DNA from: the human T2T-CHM13v2.0 reference genome, Homo sapiens
Length of the DNA stretch: 64,000 nt
Assembly (NCBI RefSeq): GCF_009914755.1
Contig: NC_060932.1
Reading direction: 5' to 3' (one strand)
Shown here: piece after piece, positions 46,301 to 57,449 of the stretch
How positions within the stretch are numbered: position 1 is the stretch's first letter
Layout of the letters: each line of letters opens with the position of its first letter
Notes under the pieces: generated by a model
Database searches by the model: none
What the model was told of the DNA's origin: nothing
The model's input: the letters and a program-made list of their open reading frames with translations, nothing else
Position numbers and translations under genes: made by a program

Positions 46301-48248
46301 GGTATTTATCATAGTCTTCATTGTCTGGGCTTATTTGTAGCCATTCTTCTTGGGGAGGCTTTCTAGATATTTGAAAGGACTTGGGTATTGTGATCTGAGC
46401 TGATGGCATCACAAGCCCAGTAACTCTGTGTTTCTTGCAGACTCATAGGAATACTGCCTTGATTATCCTGAATCAAATCTGGGAGAATTCTCAGGATTTT
46501 CAGATACTCTTGTTCTCATCCCTTACTTTCTCCAAAACATACAGAGTCTCTCTCTCTGCCCTGAGCCACCTAAATTTGGGAGTGGAGTGGCACAAGCACC
46601 CCTGTGGCCATCACTACTATGACTTTGCTGGGTCAGACCTGAAGCCAACACAGCACTGGGTCTCACTCAGGGCTTGCTGTAACCACTCCCTGGCTACTGC
46701 CTATGTTTACTTAAGGCCCTGAGGATCTACAATCAGCAGGTGGCAAAACCAACTAGGCCTGTGAGCTTCCCTTCAAGGTAACAAGCTCCCCCAGGCCCTG
46801 GATGAGTCCAGAAGTCCCATCTGAGAGTCAGGAACTAGAGTCAGAAAACTTACAAATCTACCTTGTGTTCTATTGTATTGTGGCTGAGCTGGCACTCAAA
46901 CCACAAGATATAGTTCTTCCCACTCTTCTCTCCCCTTTCCAAAGGCAGAGGGGCTTCATGTCGTAGCCACTGCTACCACAGACCCATGGGGAGTACTGCC
47001 AGACTACCTCTAATGTTCCCTTAAAACCCAAGGTCTCTTAAATCAGCTTGTCATGAATGCTTCCTGGACTCACCCTTCAAGACGGTGAACTCCCCTCTGG
47101 CCCAGGGCAGGTCCAGAAATGCTATTTAGGAGTCAATTCCTGGAATCAGGGACACCAAGAGCCTGCTTGGTGCTCTGCACCCCTGAGGCTCTGCTGGTAC
47201 CTAAGGTGCAAGACAAAGTCCCCTTTACTTTTCCCTCTGCTTTTCTCAAGCAGAAGGAGTTTCGCCCCATAGCCACCACAGCTGGTAGTGTGCTGAGTCT
47301 CATCTAAAGCCAGCAAGCCTCAGAGGCTCACCTGAGGCACTCAAGGTAGTACCTGGTATTGCTGCTTGTTATTCAGAGCCCAACAGCTCTTCAGTTAGCA
47401 GGTGGTGAATGCTGCCAGGACTGGGTCCTTTCCTTCAAGGCAACAGGGTGTGCCTAGGAATGTTGTCTGGGAGGTAGGACCTCATGACTCTGCCCAGTGC
47501 CCTATCCTGACGTGGCTGAGCTGGTTTCCTAGAAGCAAGACAAAGTCCTCCTGAATCTTGCCCCTCCTCTCCTCAAACAAAAGGAAGGGATCTCTTTTGG
47601 AGTGGCGAGCTGTGAAGTGTGGAGTTAGGGGAGGGGAGGTGCCAGCACTCCTTTTGCTGCCCTAGCTGGTGTCTCAGTATGTCACATGACCCCTCGGTCC
47701 ACTGTCTCTGGGCCTAGTTCAGCACTAGAACTCACCTAAGAGTTGCAGTCCTTGTGGCCTAGACTGCATTTCAAGTTTACTTGTAGACACAGAGTGTAGT
47801 AGCCCTTAGCAGGGAGGTTTGCAGGCACTCAAATTCTGACCTGTGGCATCTGCAATTCCTCTCTGGCTAGGGCTGATTTAGATACCTTCATGGGCAGGCA
47901 TCAGCTGGGTTTGGTCTGGTTTTCTTTTCTGCTCTAACAAGACAGCACTGAGTTCAGTGACACAATTGCTGTGTTGTCACTCCCCCAGTGCCCAGAGCTG
48001 CTCTTAGCACCACACTGCTGCTGCTGCCAGGGATAGGGAAAGGGTGGCATCTGTGATTCTAGACTTTTTTTTAATCTCTTCAGTGCCTCTTTCAGCAATA
48101 TTAAGTTGAAGCCAGGTGCTATGATTGCTCGCCTGATTTTTGATTCTTATGAAGGTGTTTTCTCTGTGTAGATAGTTGTTAACTTGGTGTTCTTGCTGAA
48201 GGGATGATCGGTGGCGTTTTCTATTCCACCATCTTACCCCAACTCTCC
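43355..48248 (-). mobile_element. L1 (L1PB/L1MA-type) retaining 5'UTR, ORF1 and 3' end, with most of ORF2 deleted
   Basis: Perfect 17-bp TSD tgaaattcttctaattt at 43338-43354 and 48249-48265. ORF1 peptide KDKERIIKAAREKKRITYKGAPIRLAADFS at 45336-45803. Confidence 0.93.
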
Positions 48249-48302
48249 TGAAATTCTTCTAATTTAAATGAGAATAGGTTATGTGAAAATTCACATTTTT
48301 AT

Positions 48303-49566
48303 TGTTGGGAAAATTCTAATTTTGTGGGTTTTTGCTTTTTTTTCTGACTCTAACCCATTCTCCAATACCAAATGGAGGTCCAACAACTCCCTTTAATTCT
48401 GACACTACCTAGAGCTAGCATAGACCCCACAGGTTAAGGGCTCAGTTCCACAAGACTACGCCTACATCTCATTCCAGCTACAAATGGGGTCTCCAGACTA
48501 CTCACACTTCTGTCCAGCCAACTAAAAATTCAGGGGTTCTCTCGACCACTCCTCAGGTTTGATAACTCCCTAGGATGACTCACAGAGTCCTGGAAAGCAC
48601 TTTGCTAAAGATTACTGGTTTATTACAAAGGATACAACTCAGGAGCAGCCAAACGGAAGAAAGCCCAGGACAAGATATGAGGGCGAGGTTTCCATGCCCT
48701 CTTGCCAGTGTACCACGGGCAGCACTTTGATGTGTTGATGTGTTGATTTGTTCCAACCCAGAAGCTTCCCAAACCTCATAGTTCAAGAGGGGTTTTTGTT
48801 TGTTTGTTTTTTGTTTTTTAAGCTTTATTACGTAGGCATGCTTGATTAAATCATCGTCCACTGGTGATTCATTCGGTCTCCAGTCCCCTTTCCCCTCCCA
48901 CTTCAGGAGTGAGGCTGAAAGTTCCAACCCTCTAATCATGTGGTTTCTTCCTTTAGCAACCAGCTCCCATCTTGAAAAGATCCAACCTCACGGTCCTCAA
49001 AGGTCACCTCATTAAAATAAACTCGGCAATATAGTTTGGATGTCCTCTCCAAATCTCATGGTGAAATGTAATCCCCAATGTTGTAGTTGGGGCCTACTGG
49101 GAGGTGTTTGGGTCATGAGGGATTTCTCATAAATGGTTTAGCACCATCACATTGGTGATGTCCTGATGATAGTGAATGATTTATTGGGAGATCTGGTTGT
49201 TTAAAAGTGTGTGGCACCTTCTCCCTCTCTCTCCCTTGTTCTTGCTCCTGGCATGTGATGCACCTGCTCCACTTTTCTTTCTGTCATGAGTAAAAGCTCC
49301 CTGAGGCATCCTCAGAAGCTGAGTAAATGCAAGTGCCATGCTTCTACAGCCTGCAGAACTGTGAGCCAATTAAACCTATTATCTTTGTAAATTACCCAGT
49401 CTCAGATATTTCTTTATAGCAATGCAAGAATGGCCTAACACACTCAGATAAGGTCAAAAGGAGCTCCTTATTAATGATAAAAGACACTCCCATTACCCAG
49501 GAAATCCCAAGGCTTAGAAGCTCTGCCAAGAATGGGCACAGATATGTACGTTTTTATTAGACCACA
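48303..49566. mobile_element. MER21-type LTR interrupted by an MST LTR
   Basis: aattctgacactacctagagctagcatagaccccacaggttaagggctcagttccacaagact; the sequence resumes after 49442. Confidence 0.78.
49027..49442 (+). mobile_element. MST-type MaLR solo LTR
   Basis: atagtttggatgtcc..aaatctcatggtgaaatgtaatccccaatgttg...tttatagcaatgcaagaatggcctaacaca, with 5-bp TSD ctcgg/ctcag. Confidence 0.88.
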
Positions 49567-50812
49567 CTAATCATGCAATCTTTAATTACTAACCCATTGA
49601 GAAAAGAGCTCTTGGAAGGACTCTGACACTAGGTCATAAAGTTAAACCAGAATGAGAAAGATACTGAATATAAGTGCAAAGAACTTGAAGCCAAGTAAAA
49701 AGAAACAAAGGCAACAGCTTGAAGGACTGCTGGGTACCAGGCAAATTTACTCAGGGAGCTTGTTTCCTCCTAACATCAGTCTCCCAAAGAGTGCCCTTTC
49801 TCCTGTTGCATAGAAAGATGAAAGCCTATAGAAAGTAAATAATTTAATCCTGGTCAGCCAAATGATATCTGGAAAATGTTGTGCTTAATCCTGAGCTGCT
49901 CACTCCAAGATTAAGATTATAGTCATTATTGACAGCTTCCTCTGGTATGTAAGAGAAACACCAAATGGAAAAAAAGAAAATGGGAAAACATATTACTGTG
50001 TTCATACCTTCTTGTCCTCCCCCAGGAGAAGTGTTCTGTCTTATCTAGGCAGAGGGAAGGCTAAGACATGAGAGATTTATGACTAAACAATACTCTCTTT
50101 GAGTAGTTGACACCAGAACTACATAATACAAAGTGATAGGAAGACTTAGCATAGTAATTCTGTGAATTCAAGCATCAAAGACTGTAAACCAACATTCATA
50201 TGGCTTTCGTCTGGAATTATTCGAAAGATTATATTCTCACGGTTCTGTCATTAGGATCTAAAATGTTGGCCATTCCACGTGCTGCATTCCTTGGTGATCT
50301 TTATCATGACATCTGCCAAGGGACCTTGCAGATCGTCATAGCTCAACTCACATTCCCCATTTAGTCCTTCATGGCACCATTCATCTCGTCTGCAGTTGAG
50401 GAAATCCTATTTCTGAGAAATTAAAATCTCTAGTGAAGACACACAAAATGAGTGGCTAAAGTGAGAGTCAAATTTGGAACACCAGAACCCACATCCATGG
50501 ATGTTTTCCGGGATGTGATTCAGGTTTGGGGTTGGAAGCATTTAATTGACTTATCAGGATCCAAAACTTCATGAGTCGATCCAGCAGGGAGTGAAGGGAG
50601 GAAGTGGAATCACAAAGTCAAGCCAGTTCAAAGCAGCTGTCTCATCCTGCTGTGTCTCAAAACTGCTGTAGTCCCTCATGATTGCTTCGCTCGCTCGTGG
50701 TGGACAATTAGTTGTGGTGGCTTTTTTTTTTCTTTTCCCATGTGTTTATTTGTTTTGCATTGCTTTCCCCTCCACTAAAAGAAACAAGAAGAAAGAAGAA
50801 AGAAAGAAAGAA

Positions 50813-51169
<357 letters not shown>

Positions 51170-51436
51170 CTACAATTGTTTCCACCATGGTGCTGTTGGG
51201 TTAAGCATTCTAATTTGGTGGTAATGGTGTTCAGAGGCCTCAGATTCCAACTTGGAGAAATCGGATCCTAATGTAACCAGTGCAGTGTAACAGGTGATTT
51301 CGTGTAAAGATGCAATCACCTGCTTTCATCTGTGAAAACACTGTGGTGGCTAGGACTACAAGCTCATTGGTACCTACCTTAGCTAAGTTGAACTTGACAA
51401 TCCCATACTGGGTCACTTACCTTAAGAAGGGGCTGG

Positions 51437-51901
51437 CCTCTTCTGTTTTGAAATTCAGGAAAATGTGACCAGCATTTAATATCAACACAGACCTTAAGTC
51501 TGATAAGAAATATTTACAGTCTATTCTCTCTGAAGCCTGTTACCTGGAAGCTTCATCTGCATGATAAAACTTTTGTCTCCACAACCTCTAATCATAACCC
51601 AGACATTCCTTTCTATTGATAATAACTCTTTCAACCAATTGCCAATCAGAAAATTGTTAAATCTACCTACAACCTGGAAGCCCCCGCTTTAATTTGTCCC
51701 ACCTTTCTGGACCCAACCAATGTATATCTTAAATGTATTTGATTGATGTCTCATGTCTCCCTAAAATGTATAAAACCAAGCTGTGCCCCTGACGACTTCA
51801 GGCATATGTTCTCAGTGTCTCCTGAGGCCTGTGTCACAGGCCATGGTCACTGATATTTAACTCAGAATAAATTTCTTCAAATATTGTAAAAAAAAAAAAA
51901 A
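51437..51901 (+). mobile_element. MER4-type LTR segment ending in poly(A) (probable retrocopy)
   Basis: cttcatctgcatgataaaac..ccaatcag..tataaaacc..ctcagAATAAA followed by an A14 run. ggctgg on both sides. Confidence 0.75.
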
Positions 51902-52104
51902 GGCTGGAAATATTCAAGCCTGAAACCACTAATGCGTGTTGGTAAAACCACTGAACGAACATGCCTTTGGCTTTTAGGGTCTTCCTAACTGTTGACAAAT
52001 CATTGAATTGCTAGTTAAGATGTCCAAAACAACAATCAACACCCTTGTAAAATAAATTGAATTAATCGAGCACTATCCTTGAACAGAAAGAATATGCTAT
52101 ATAC

Positions 52105-52658
52105 TGTAAGGGAGGAAAAATATCTTTTCCTTCTACTCATCTTAGGTGCATTGGCTGGGTCCCTGTAATGAAACACAGATTAACGAGAGGAAACCACATA
52201 AATTTATCTCAAAAGAGTTTTACCTGACACAGAAGCCTTATAAGAAAATGAAGACCCAAAGAAACAGTTAAACCTGAGTGTTTTTATGATACGTTTGTTG
52301 AAGAGTGAAAAGTCATAAAAGAATATGATAGGACACAGGGGTATGCTCTCGTGGTAATAAACTGGGGAGACTTAGCAAGGCCAGTTCCTTTCAGTCGTCT
52401 CTGTGTCCCTGTGTCTTCAGATGTAAGGATGCTTCTTTCCTCCAGGTATAGGGTGGGCACCTCTCAAATGAGGGTCTTATGATCTTCACAGGAGGGTCAG
52501 AAAGCCCTTCCTAGGTTTTATGACCTACTTAAAGTGATGGTCAGAAAGTTCTCCATGCACATTCTGTTTCTCAAATTCCCTCAGCTTAACAGATCCAATA
52601 TGCCATATGCCATATGCCATATGCCATATTTGGGGGTAGTGTGTCCTGAACCTCATCA
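52105..52658 (-). mobile_element. Solo ERV1-class LTR (MER31/MER67-like, uncertain)
   Basis: TG...CA termini, candidate TSD atac/gtac, and an internal (ATATGCC)4 tandem. Confidence 0.7.
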
Positions 52659-53794
52659 GTACAGAAGTATATTAGCAATTTCCTCAACCAACAATTTAAG
52701 AGATGCAGGGGTAATTTCAAATATATGCTAATTTAGACCCAGACCTCCCCAAAAGAGGCAAGTGCATTTGTCTTTAAGTATCAATTCTTTGAAACCTATT
52801 AGCCACTGTTTATGCTACATCTAACACAAAAAGAAAGGTAGTTTGGAAAGAACTCTACTTTTTTCCTAGAAATAAAAATACAGTTTTTTATTCATCCCTC
52901 TCCAGCCTCCTACAACTTTCTTTATGTATCAGGTCTTTTTCTCAGCTAAGAAACATGTTAATGATCTTATTAACATATTGAACAATAACCCAGGAAAGGC
53001 TGACATTTCCCAAAGCTTTTGGTCAATTTTCAAAGTAATGAAAGTTGCCAGTTATTCAGGCCAAGCCTATAAACGCCTGAAATTCACTTACTGTCTGAAA
53101 GGTCAGGTAAATTAGAGGAAAATATAGGGCTGGCCTTGAAGAGTATGAATGTGGTGATCCTGAGTGCTCTTAAAAGTGGCTGAAACTAAGAGGCCTGGTA
53201 TTAATTCTAGCTGACTTCCTGGTATTGATTAAGAAGTAATCGCAAGTGCTCATTTGTGGGTAAATTAAGAGACAAGTCCTTTACAGAAGGTCATTTACAT
53301 GTCTTCTTTTTAATTAATATTACTGACTGGAAGATTTGCAGTTAAATTAGTCCATTAATTATAAAAGTTATCATTCTGGAGAGTAGGAAAGGATCATTTA
53401 TTTAATATCAAATCCAGGTTTTCAATAAATTGCCATTTCTTCTGACACTCTACTAGGAAAAGTGTGAAGTTTTGATTTGTGAGTTGAATGGATGATCATG
53501 ACCTCTGCAGTTCTGTTTTGTTGTTACTGATTTTATTAATAAATGTAATATAAAAATGTAATATTAAAAACTGAAAAATACATTTAATTGTTAAGAAGAA
53601 AGAAAAATCTATCTTTCTTTATTTTATTGCTCAAAGGTAAACCTAACATTTTAGTACTCCCATTTCTTAAGCTCAGCATAAATATAAATATATGCTTTCT
53701 TTAAATGTTTCATTACTTAAAATATAGTTGCATTTTTCACTTTTTCATATAATAAAAGCATTTTCCTATGTCATAAATGTTATTTGAAAACCAT

Positions 53795-55130
53795 GTCTTA
53801 ATTAAACTTCACTTTGAGATTATTGTAAATTCACATGCAGTTGCATGAAATAATACAGAAGATCTTGTGTACCCTTTTTAATTTTACTGTTTTTAATTTT
53901 GGTAAGATCCAATTTATTTTCTTTTTACTGGTAGTACTTTTGATGTCAAGTCTCAGAACTCCTTGCTAGCTCCAAATCCTGAAGATTTTCTCCTACTTTT
54001 TTCTGAAAGTTTTACAGATTTATGTTTTATATTTAAGTTTCTCCCAATGGTAACATCTTTCAAAGCATTGAACAGTCAAGATACAAAATATTGCCCTCCT
54101 GCAAGATCCTTCAACTTACCCTTTTATAACCACACATAATTTCTTGCCATTCCATTCTTAACCCCTGGAAACCAAAAATGTATCCTACATGTCTATAATT
54201 GTGGCATTTCAAGAATGTTATAGAAATGCAATTTTATAGCATATAGCCTTTAGGGATGAGCTCTTCTCATTCAGGATAACTCTCCATAATTCTTCTTACA
54301 TGTATCAGTAGATCACTCCTTTTTATTACTGAGTAGTATTCCATGGTAGATGTGCCATGGTTTGTTTAACCATTTACCAAAGGATATCTTGGTTCTTTCA
54401 AACTTTTGGCCATTGTGAATGAAACTGCTATGAACATTTATGTACAGGTTTTGTGTGAACCTAAGTTTTTATTTCTCTGTGATAAATGCCCGAGTGTGTA
54501 ATTGTTAGGTCATTTGGTAGTTGTGTGTTTAGTTCTATATAAAACTGCTAAACTATTTTCTAGAATGACTGTACCATTTTACATACCCACTATCAATGTA
54601 TGAGTGATCTAGTTTCTCTACATTCTTCCCAGCATTGGTGTTATCACTATTATTATTTTAGCTGTTCTAATAGGTGTGTAGTGATATTTCATTGTGGCTT
54701 TAATTCGCATTTCCTTAATGGCTAATGATGTTGAATATCTTTTCATGTGCTTATTTGCTGTTGATAAAATGCTTCTTCTTGTCTTTTGCGCATTTTCTAA
54801 TTGGATTATTTGGTTCTTTTACTGTGAAATTTTGAGATTTCATTAAATAATTTAAATACTAGTCTTTTGTCAGAGATATGTTTTGCAACTATTTTCTCCC
54901 AGTGTGTAGCTTGTTTTTTCATCCTCTTAACAGGGCCTGTCACAGAGAAAATCTTTTTAATTTTTATAAGATCCAATTTATTTTCTTTTTACTGGTAGTA
55001 CTTTTGATGTCAAGTCTAAGAACTCTTTGCTAGCTCTAAATCCTGAAGATTTTCTCCTACTTTTTTCTAAAAGTTTTACAGATTTATGTTTTATATTTAA
55101 GTCCATGATCCATTTTGAGTTAATTAATTA
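53795..55130 (-). mobile_element. L1MC-type 3' fragment
   Basis: ttcacatgcagttg..aataatacaga..; attgtggctttaattcgcatttccttaatggctaatgatgttga. Confidence 0.8.
53890..54038 (+). repeat. Direct duplicate of 54954-55102
   Basis: 149 bp with 6 mismatches counted, offset 1064 bp. Confidence 0.96.
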
Positions 55131-55928
55131 AATTGTATTTTTATTTCTCATATAAGATAAAATTAATATGTTCACAAGGGAAGAACGTTATGTGTGTGGT
55201 GTGTGTGTGAGTCTGTGTGTGTGTCAAATAAAAAATGTACTGATGAAATGACGCCAGGAGAAAAGAGGCATGATTGAATATATTGAGTGAAAATAAACTA
55301 CAGTCCATTTGAATCAGTTTCAAAGGAATCACAAACTCTCCTGGCTGCCTATATTTCTTTGGTGAGTTCTCCAAAGGTCTAGCTTAGTATGTACATTAAT
55401 CACTTCACTACTTTCCCTTTATTCGTTTAAGCTGGAGAGGTCTTTGACCAACCAAGGAAAGATACTATAAACAACCTAAGATCAGGAAACCCTTCACTAG
55501 AAATAAAATTTATGTATATAACCACCATAGCATTTTCTTCCTAGGAAAATGTAAAATGATCTTAAATAAAACAGTATATGTGTATTTGTTTACAAGAATA
55601 ATTCCTCTATCCCATCCTTATACCATTGCTGTCATTTCTTTCACTTATACATAAGTATATGCTTGTGTGTATGTATATGTTTGAATCTATTATTCTGAAC
55701 ACACTGTTATCTATTAGATCAATTAAGAATAATAAAAATAAAAGTTTTGTTTTACTCACTTATCCTCTGATGCTCTTCTTTTCTTACGTAGGTACAAATT
55801 TCTGGCTTAAATGATTTTCCTTCTTTCTAAAGAACTACTTGAAAGGCAGGTCTGCTGGCCACAACTTCTCTGAATTTTTGTTTGTATAAGAAACGTTTTA
55901 TTTCTCCTCCACTTTTGAAGGATAATTT

Positions 55929-56550
55929 TGTTACCAGGAGGAGGTCCCAGTCTAGACCCCGAGAGAGGGATCTTTGGAGCTCACACAAAAAGAATTCTGG
56001 GTGAGTCCATAAAGTAAAGTGAAAGCAAGTTTATTAAGAAAATGAAGGAATAAAAGAATGGCCACAGCAGCAGTGTGAGTTACTCAACTGATTATACTTA
56101 TACTTATTTCTTGAGTATATTCTAAACGAAGGGTGGATTATTCATGAGTTTTCCAGGAAAGGGGTGGACAATTCCCAGAACTGAAGGTTCCTCCCCTTTT
56201 AGACCATATACAGTAACTTACTGATGTTGCCATGGCATTTGTAAACTGTCATGGTGCTGGTAGGAGTATCCTTTAGCATGAAAATACATTGTAATTATTG
56301 TGTAATGACCAGTGAGGATGAACAGAGGTTACTTTCATCATCAACTTGGTTTTGATGAGTTTGGGCCAACTCCTTTACCACATGCTTTATTATCAGCAAG
56401 GTCTTTGTGACCTGTGTCTTGTGCCAACCTCCTATCTCATCTGTGAGTAAGAATGCCTAACCTCCTGCCAATGCAGCCCAGTAGGTCTCAGTCTTGTTTT
56501 GTCCAACCCCTATTCAAGATGGAGTTGCTGTGGTTCAAACACTTCTGAAA
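55929..56550 (-). mobile_element. MER41-family solo LTR (MER41B-like)
   Basis: The - strand start t(t)tcagaagtgtttgaaccacagcaactccatcttgaatagggg matches the recalled MER41 5' end. 4-bp TSD attt/attt. Confidence 0.88.
56151..56180. promoter_or_regulatory. Tandem GAS (STAT-binding) motifs TTCCAGGAA and TTCCCAGAA
   Basis: Both fit TTCNNNGAA, 21 bp apart start to start, within the MER41 LTR. Activity is not shown by sequence alone. Confidence 0.6.
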
Positions 56551-57449
56551 ATTTCAGAGTTCTAGGTTGGTATTTTTTTTTTCTCTCTCAACACTTTAAA
56601 TATCTAACTCTACTCTCTCTTTTTTACTTTCATGTTTTCTGAGAAGTCAGATGTAATTCTTTGCTCCTCTGCAGAGGAGCTTTCATTTCCTCTGGCTTTA
56701 TTTAGGTTTTTTTTTTTAATCTTTGATTTTCTGTAGTTTGAATATGATATAACCAGTTGTAGGTTTTGTTTGTTTGTTTGACGTTTATCTGTTGAAGTTT
56801 TATGAGCTTCCTGTATCTGTGGTTTAGTGTCTTACATTAGTTTTGGGGAAATTCACAGTCATTGTTGCTTCAAATATTGCTTCTGCTCCTTTCTCTTTTT
56901 CTGCTCCTCTGGTGTGCTCGTTATGCAAATGTTATGGCATTCTTAGTTGTCCCATGGTTCTTGAACATTCTGCTTTTTTTTTTTTTTCCATCTTTTCTCT
57001 CTTGCTTCTCAGTTTTGGAAGTTTCTATTGTCATATTCTCAAACTCAGAGATTATTTTCTCATCAGTATCCAGTCTACCAGTGAGTCCATAAAAACATTT
57101 GTCATTTCTGTTAGTCTTTCTTATCACTAGAAATTTTTTAAAACCTAGAATTTCCATTGCTCTTTTTACATCGTCTATCTTTTCTTGCATGTTTTCTACT
57201 TCTTCCATTAAGCCCTTAGCATATTCATCATTTAAAAAAATTCCTGGTCTGATAATTTCAACATTCCTGCCATATCTGACTCTGGCTATGATGCTTATTC
57301 AACCTCTTCAAACTGTATTTCTTGCCTTCTAGCATTTGTTATAACTTTTGGTTAAAAGATAGACATTATATACTGGGTAAAAGGAACAGTGGCCTTTAGT
57401 AATGTAGTGGTAAGGTGTAGGAGCAGGGAAAGATAATCATAGCTTCTTT

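Larger units (their letters stand above)
55690..57425 (-). mobile_element. Old L1M 5'/ORF1-region remnant hosting a MER41 LTR
   Basis: tttatttctcctccacttttgaaggataattt; ttggggaaattcacagtcattgttgcttcaaatatt; coiled-coil-like ORF1 remnant at 56921-57208. Confidence 0.7.
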
